Positions 53,827 to 58,662 of a stretch of 58,662 bases of DNA are shown here, piece after piece. The DNA is from Prevotella sp. (GTDB lineage Bacteria > Bacteroidota > Bacteroidia > Bacteroidales > Dysgonomonadaceae). The translations under genes were made by a program, and so were the position numbers. Numbering within the stretch: the stretch's first letter is position 1; every line of letters begins with the position of its first letter. Location of the stretch: positions 1 to 58,662 of the forward strand of contig JAISSD010000147.1 of assembly GCA_031273295.1 (NCBI GenBank), in the 5' to 3' direction. The notes below the pieces were generated by a model. That model was not told where the DNA came from. It was given only the letters and a program-made list of their open reading frames with translations, and ran no database searches.

Positions 53827-54003
53827 GGGAACCGCAACAACGACAATGGCGAGCTGAACAACGTTGGCAACAACGGCAACTACCGGTCGTCGTCAGCCAA
53901 CGGTGATGCGAACGCGTACAACCTGAACTTCAACAGCGGCAACGTGAACCCGAACAACAACAACAACAACCGGACGAACGGCTTCAGTGTCAGGTGTGTC
54001 AGA
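53827..54003 (+). other. DGR template repeat (TR)
   Basis: Intergenic AAC-rich copy of the VR ending AGGTGTGTCAG; about 22 of ~35 mismatches fall at TR adenines (manual count). Confidence 0.88.
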
Positions 54004-54273
54004 GCATTTGTTTCAATTTCAGAGCCTGTTCAAGTTTTGCCTGCCAGATGGATTGTCTCCGTTCTTTCGGGATTTCCTTTTCCATTCATCAATAAAAATA
54101 CAACGCATGAAATTCATCTGTTCATGCGTTTTTTACATATACCTTCCATGCGCAAAACCATGCCGTACACGGTATAACAATAAAAAAACAAATAACCTGT
54201 AACAGCAAGGAGGCATCCCTGCAGGATAGCCGAGCGATGATGAACGTTGCGTTCTACCGAACGGCGCTTTAAT

Positions 54274-55518
54274 TCAGTCCAGTTTATGTATTACCAGCCC
54301 CGAACGGAGTTTCGGCTCGAACCATGTCGTTTTCGGCGGCATGATATTTCCCGAATCGGCTATGTCCATCAGTTGTTTCATGGTTACAGGATAGAGGGCG
54401 ATCGCCAGCTTCATCTCGCCGCTGTCGACACGTTTTTTCAGTTCGCCCAGCCCCCTGATACCGCCAACAAAGTCTATGCGTTTGTCGGAACGCAGGTCTT
54501 TGATTCCCAGGATTTCATCCAGAATGTATTTTGATGAAATCGTTACATCCAGTACCCCGATAGGGTCGTTGTCGTCATAGGTTTCCGGTCTGGCTGTCAG
54601 ACTGTAGCACTTGCCTTCGAGATAGATGGAGAAATTATGCAAACCTGCGGGCGATACTATATCCGTACCTTTTTCTTCGATGCTAAAGCGTACTTTCAGT
54701 TTTTCCAGGAATTTACCGGCTGTCAGTCCATTCAGGTCTTTTACCAGGCGGTTATAGTCTATGATATTCAACTGTGTGCCGGGGAAACAAACAGCCATGA
54801 AGAAGTTATATTCTTCATCGCCTTTATGGTTCGGGTTCTGTTTCGCTTTTTCAGCTCCTACAAGCGCGGCTGCTGCTGACCGGTGATGCCCGTCGGCAAT
54901 GTACAGGCCGGGTATTGCCGCAAACAGTTCCGTGATTCTACCGATATCGTTTTTGTCTTTTATCACCCAGAAATGATGTCCTACGCCGTCATTGGACGTG
55001 AAGTCGTATTCGGCTTCTCCCGCGACGATTCTCTTTACTGTTTCGTCCAGTTCCCTGTTGTCGGGATAGGCAAAGAATACAGGTTCTATGTTCGCGTTGT
55101 TTATCCGCACATGTTTCATACGGTCTTCTTCCTTGTCTCTGCGCGTCAGCTCGTGTTTTTTTATGCGGCCGTTCATATAGTCTTCCACACAGGCGCATAC
55201 CACAAGCCCGTACTGTGTTTTCCCGTTCATTGTCTGGGCGTATACGTAGTAATATTCCTCCGGATCCTGCAGCAGCCAGCCTTTTTCCTGAAACTTGTTG
55301 AAATTTTCGACGGCCCGTTTGTAAACATCCGGATGATGTTCGTCCATTATCGTTTCAAAATCGATTTCGGGCTTGATAATGCGATATAGCGACTTTTCGT
55401 TGCCTTCGGCTTCGAGGCGCGCTTCGAGCGAGCTCAAGACATCATAAGGACGTGAAACTACTTCCCTGACAATACTTTTGGGAGGTCTCACTCCTTTAAA
55501 CGGTTTAATTACGGTCAT
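54274..55518 (-). CDS. DUF1015 family protein
   Basis: IKPFKGVRP, SRPYDV, IKKHELTR, YIADGHHR, MPPKTTWFEPKLRSGL. Confidence 0.92.
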   Translation of the reverse strand: MTVIKPFKGVRPPKSIVREVVSRPYDVLSSLEARLEAEGNEKSLYRIIKPEIDFETIMDEHHPDVYKRAVENFNKFQEKGWLLQDPEEYYYVYAQTMNGKTQYGLVVCACVEDYMNGRIKKHELTRRDKEEDRMKHVRINNANIEPVFFAYPDNRELDETVKRIVAGEAEYDFTSNDGVGHHFWVIKDKNDIGRITELFAAIPGLYIADGHHRSAAAALVGAEKAKQNPNHKGDEEYNFFMAVCFPGTQLNIIDYNRLVKDLNGLTAGKFLEKLKVRFSIEEKGTDIVSPAGLHNFSIYLEGKCYSLTARPETYDDNDPIGVLDVTISSKYILDEILGIKDLRSDKRIDFVGGIRGLGELKKRVDSGEMKLAIALYPVTMKQLMDIADSGNIMPPKTTWFEPKLRSGLVIHKLD

Positions 55519-55886
55519 GATACTTTGGGTTTTATAATTAAGGTAAACGATATTTCAAACAAGACAAAGGAGTTTTCAACAACGAAAACTTTCTTTTTGT
55601 CAATTGCAAATATATAAAAACAATGATAAACAAGAGGCGCTTTATCCGATAATTGATTGAAATATTTTGTAAAAACATTTTGAAACAGCCTTTGAAATAA
55701 AGACGAGAATAATTCTTTGAAAATATTTTGTTTTGAGATATAATTACTAATTTTGAAAACTTTATAATACCGGGACTTGTTAGCGTTTTGCAGGCAAAAC
55801 AGTTGCAAAAAGGCCGGTATGAAAATACGCCGGTAAATATTAATATTAAATAACGCAGGAGATACTAATTCCTAAATTTTATAACA

Positions 55887-56981
55887 ATGAAGAAATATAA
55901 TTTTAGCGCAGGCCCGTCAATTCTTCCTCAACAAACAATCGAGGAGACGGCGCAAGCCATTCTGAATTTCAACGGGTCGTCATTTTCCTTGATGGAAGTG
56001 AGCCACCGCGGAAAAGATTTTCAGGGAGTAATGGACGAAACCGTTGAGTTGTTCAAGGAGCTGTTGGAAGTGCCGGCAGGTTATTCGGTGATCTTCCTCG
56101 GAGGAGGCGCCAGCCTTCAGTTTTGTATGGCGCCTTATAACTTGTTGGAGAAAAAGGCCGCCTACCTGAACACGGGCACATGGGCAAGCAAAGCTCTGAA
56201 AGAAGCAAAACTGTTTGGCGAAGCGGTAGAAGTAGCTTCGTCCAAACCGGCCAATTTCACATATATCCCGAAAGATTATGCGATCCCTGCCGACGCCGAT
56301 TATTTCCATATCACGACTAACAATACAATCTTCGGTACAGAGATACATACCGATTTGGATTCTCCTGTGCCATTGGTCGCCGATATGTCGTCCGATATAT
56401 TTTCCCGTCCCGTCGAAATATCCAAATACGGTTTGATATACGGCGGCGCACAGAAAAACCTTGCGCCTGCGGGAGTAACATTCGTTATCATAAAAGACGA
56501 ATTGCTGGGAAAAGTAACCCGTCCGATACCTACAATGCTGGACTACCGCACGCATATCGAAAACGGTTCCATGTTCAACACCCCTCCGGTAGTACCTGTT
56601 TATGCCGCAATGCAGACATTGAGATGGCTGAAAGCCAACGGCGGCATACCTGCCATGTACAAACGCAATCGGGAAAAAGCGGCATTGCTCTACGACGAAA
56701 TTGACCGCAACCTGGTATTCAAGGGGACTTGCGCTATCGAAGACCGTTCACTGATGAATGTATGTTTCGTCCTGTCTTCCGGGTATGAAGGCAATGAAGC
56801 CGCATTCCTCGAATTTGCAAAAGAAAGGGGATTGTACGAGCTGAAAGGCCATCGTTCTGTCGGTGGATTCCGCGCTTCCATATACAATGCGATGCCAATA
56901 GAGGGTGTTCAGGTACTGGTGGATACCATGAAAGAATTTGAAAGGAAACTGGTAAAACAAGAACCCCAAAAGGGCCTTTAA
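55887..56981 (+). CDS. serC: Phosphoserine aminotransferase
   Basis: [47 protein letters not shown]. Confidence 0.96.
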   Translation: MKKYNFSAGPSILPQQTIEETAQAILNFNGSSFSLMEVSHRGKDFQGVMDETVELFKELLEVPAGYSVIFLGGGASLQFCMAPYNLLEKKAAYLNTGTWASKALKEAKLFGEAVEVASSKPANFTYIPKDYAIPADADYFHITTNNTIFGTEIHTDLDSPVPLVADMSSDIFSRPVEISKYGLIYGGAQKNLAPAGVTFVIIKDELLGKVTRPIPTMLDYRTHIENGSMFNTPPVVPVYAAMQTLRWLKANGGIPAMYKRNREKAALLYDEIDRNLVFKGTCAIEDRSLMNVCFVLSSGYEGNEAAFLEFAKERGLYELKGHRSVGGFRASIYNAMPIEGVQVLVDTMKEFERKLVKQEPQKGL

Positions 56982-57067
56982 TAAAAAATGTCATAAAAAA
57001 CAATTTAAATAAAAAATTCCCGGTTGTACCTCTCTCCAGAGAGGTTCGGGGAGGTACCGAATAAAAT

Positions 57068-57988
57068 ATGAAAGTATTAATAGCAACAGACAAGCCCTTT
57101 GCGGCAGAAGCAAAAAGCGGGATTCGTGATGTAGTGGAAAAAGCGGGATTCGAACTTGTTTTGCTTGAGAAATATACAGAGAAAAGGCAGTTATTGGATG
57201 CTGTGGCCAATGCGGATGCGGCCATAATCCGTAGCGATATATTCGACAAGGAAGTATTGGATGCCGCAAAAAACATGAAAATCGTTGTGCGTGCAGGCGC
57301 CGGTTTTGACAATATCGACCTTGAGGCGGCGACCGCAAACAACATTTGTGTGATGAACACTCCGGGACAGAATGCAAATGCCGTAGCAGAACTGGCTCTT
57401 GGCCTTGCCGTATATGCGGTGCGTAATTTCTATAACGGAACATCGGGTACGGAACTTATGGGTAAAAGGCTAGGTATACACGCCTATGGAAATGTAGGCC
57501 GCAATGTGGCGCGTATAGCCAAAGGCTTCGGTATGGAAGTGTACGCTTACGACCCCTTCCTTGCGGCGGAAGCCATCGAAAAAGAAGGCGTGAAGGCTGT
57601 GGCGTCGGCGGAAGACTTATATACTGCCTGCCGTTTTGTTTCATTGCATATCCCTGCAACGGCGGAAACAAAAAATTCCGTCAATTATGCGCTGTTGGGC
57701 AGGATGCCTGAAAACGCGTTGCTTATCAATACCGCACGAAAGGAAGTGATCAGCGAAGCGGAAATTGTAAAATTGATGGAAGACCGCAAAGATTTCAGGT
57801 ATGTTACCGATATTATGCCGGGTAATCACGCCGAAATGACTGAAAAATTTGCAGGAAGATATTTTTCTACTCCCAAGAAAACGGGCGCGCAGACTGCCGA
57901 AGCTAATACCAATGCAGGTATTGCGGCGGCAAACCAGATTGTGGACTTCATTAAGAACGGAAACGAAAGGTTCAGGCTGAATAAATAG
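57068..57988 (+). CDS. serA: D-3-phosphoglycerate dehydrogenase (short form)
   Basis: RAGAGFDNID, MNTPGQNANAVAEL, SLHIP, INTAR; follows serC. Confidence 0.85.
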   Translation: MKVLIATDKPFAAEAKSGIRDVVEKAGFELVLLEKYTEKRQLLDAVANADAAIIRSDIFDKEVLDAAKNMKIVVRAGAGFDNIDLEAATANNICVMNTPGQNANAVAELALGLAVYAVRNFYNGTSGTELMGKRLGIHAYGNVGRNVARIAKGFGMEVYAYDPFLAAEAIEKEGVKAVASAEDLYTACRFVSLHIPATAETKNSVNYALLGRMPENALLINTARKEVISEAEIVKLMEDRKDFRYVTDIMPGNHAEMTEKFAGRYFSTPKKTGAQTAEANTNAGIAAANQIVDFIKNGNERFRLNK

Positions 57989-58032
57989 AGCCTCCTTTCT
58001 TTCCGGCTTGGCCAAAGAAGAGGAGATGGAAT

Positions 58033-58074
58033 ACGGGAGATGGGCGCTCATCAGAGCGCCCATCTCCTGTTTAT
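58033..58074 (+). terminator. Strong hairpin after serA
   Basis: ACGGGAGATGGGCGCTC-ATCA-GAGCGCCCATCTCCTGT, 17-bp stem with one G:U, short T-run. Confidence 0.7.
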
Positions 58075-58345
58075 GAAAGTACAATATCCCTGTTATGATG
58101 TTTTACAGGCCCTTTCATTGGGCTTATTACAATGGAATTGATCTGAAATTTCTTTTTTTTGTTTCCGGTTCCGGTCAAGTATTTTTGCCCGTAGGACATC
58201 CATATCAATAGAAAAAAACACCCTGCACAAAACCTTTTCCCCGTGATTCACAAACAAATAATGTGAATCCCCTGCGGGGAATGATGGAGGGGCCGTATCT
58301 TTTACTACAGATATGCAAGGTACGGACTATCCCCGTTCCGAACCC

Positions 58346-58371
58346 GTAGGGGCTACCTGCATGTGCGCCTT
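58346..58371 (+). repeat. GTAG-type REP-like motif
   Basis: GTAGGGGCTACCTGCATGTGCGCCTT. Confidence 0.55.
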
Positions 58372-58410
58372 GTTTGCGGTTGCCTGTGATTGCGTCCGTC
58401 AAAATGTTCG

Positions 58411-58493
58411 GTTTCCGTTCCGAATTCCGATAATTGAATATAAAAAGGCGGAAATCTGTAACAGGCCAGTCAGCAGTATTAAATATCTTTGTT
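58411..58493 (+). promoter_or_regulatory. Third copy of the conserved fimbrial-gene upstream motif with -7 promoter element
   Basis: CGAATTCCGATAATTGAATATAAAAAGGCGGAAATCTGTAA identical to 49881-49921, followed by TATCTTTG. Confidence 0.8.
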
Positions 58494-58616
58494 CGGATTA
58501 GGTAAACATAATGGACATATTCGGTTCCCTTCATTCATTCGGAAACTTTTCCGGCCTGTCGTATTGCCGTTCAATTAACCGTTAATTATTTGATTGCCAA
58601 TTATAAAGAGAGAGTT

Positions 58617-58662
58617 ATGATCACAAAAAGACGAAAATTCGTTACCCGGTTCTTGCCGGGAT
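58617..58662 (+). CDS. Start of a paralog of the 51078 fimbrillin lipoprotein (runs off the window)
   Basis: AAGAGAG..TTATG ATC ACA AAA AGA CGA AAA TTC GTT ACC CGG TTC TTG CCG GGA = MITKRRKFVTRFLPG versus MITKRRNFVFRYLPG. Confidence 0.75.
   Translation, partial: MITKRRKFVTRFLPG

Noticed and set aside
53944-54177. Asn-rich protein MNPNNNNNNRTNGFSVRCV
   Set aside because: It is the TR read in frame; AAC-rich templates give such spurious ORFs.
54004-54273. Reverse transcriptase 5' remnant after the TR
   Set aside because: No recognisable RT motif in any frame.
1-58662. tRNA or rRNA genes; prophage
   Set aside because: No cloverleaf or rRNA-like segments and no phage structural genes recognised by eye.

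Overview
Bacteroidales-type chromosomal window (inferred from gene content and TAnnTTTG promoters) with many pseudogenes and dispersed palindromic repeats. In order it holds: a nonsense-interrupted AbiEii toxin, a truncated LacI gene and an AraC/ferredoxin group; a GxxExxY gene inside ACACAAAG repeats; a ~20 kb Wzy-dependent polysaccharide locus with an AT-rich central cassette; a Fur/Zur regulator with a His-rich TonB receptor; rho; cobT/cobS/cobC; tamB; a nested repeat/IS mosaic; ugd, a LolD-like ATPase and dprA; an orphan DNA adenine methylase; and DUF1015/serC/serA. The highlight is a diversity-generating-retroelement (DGR) signature at 51078-54003. A fimbrillin-like lipoprotein has a C-terminal variable region (VR, 53085-53255) followed by hairpins. 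An AAC-rich template repeat (TR, 53827-54003) lies ~570 bp downstream, and about two-thirds of the TR/VR mismatches are at TR adenines. There is no reverse transcriptase or intact avd in the window, and a paralogous gene with the same upstream motif starts at the right edge (58617). All calls are by eye from sequence and motif recognition; no database searches were run.
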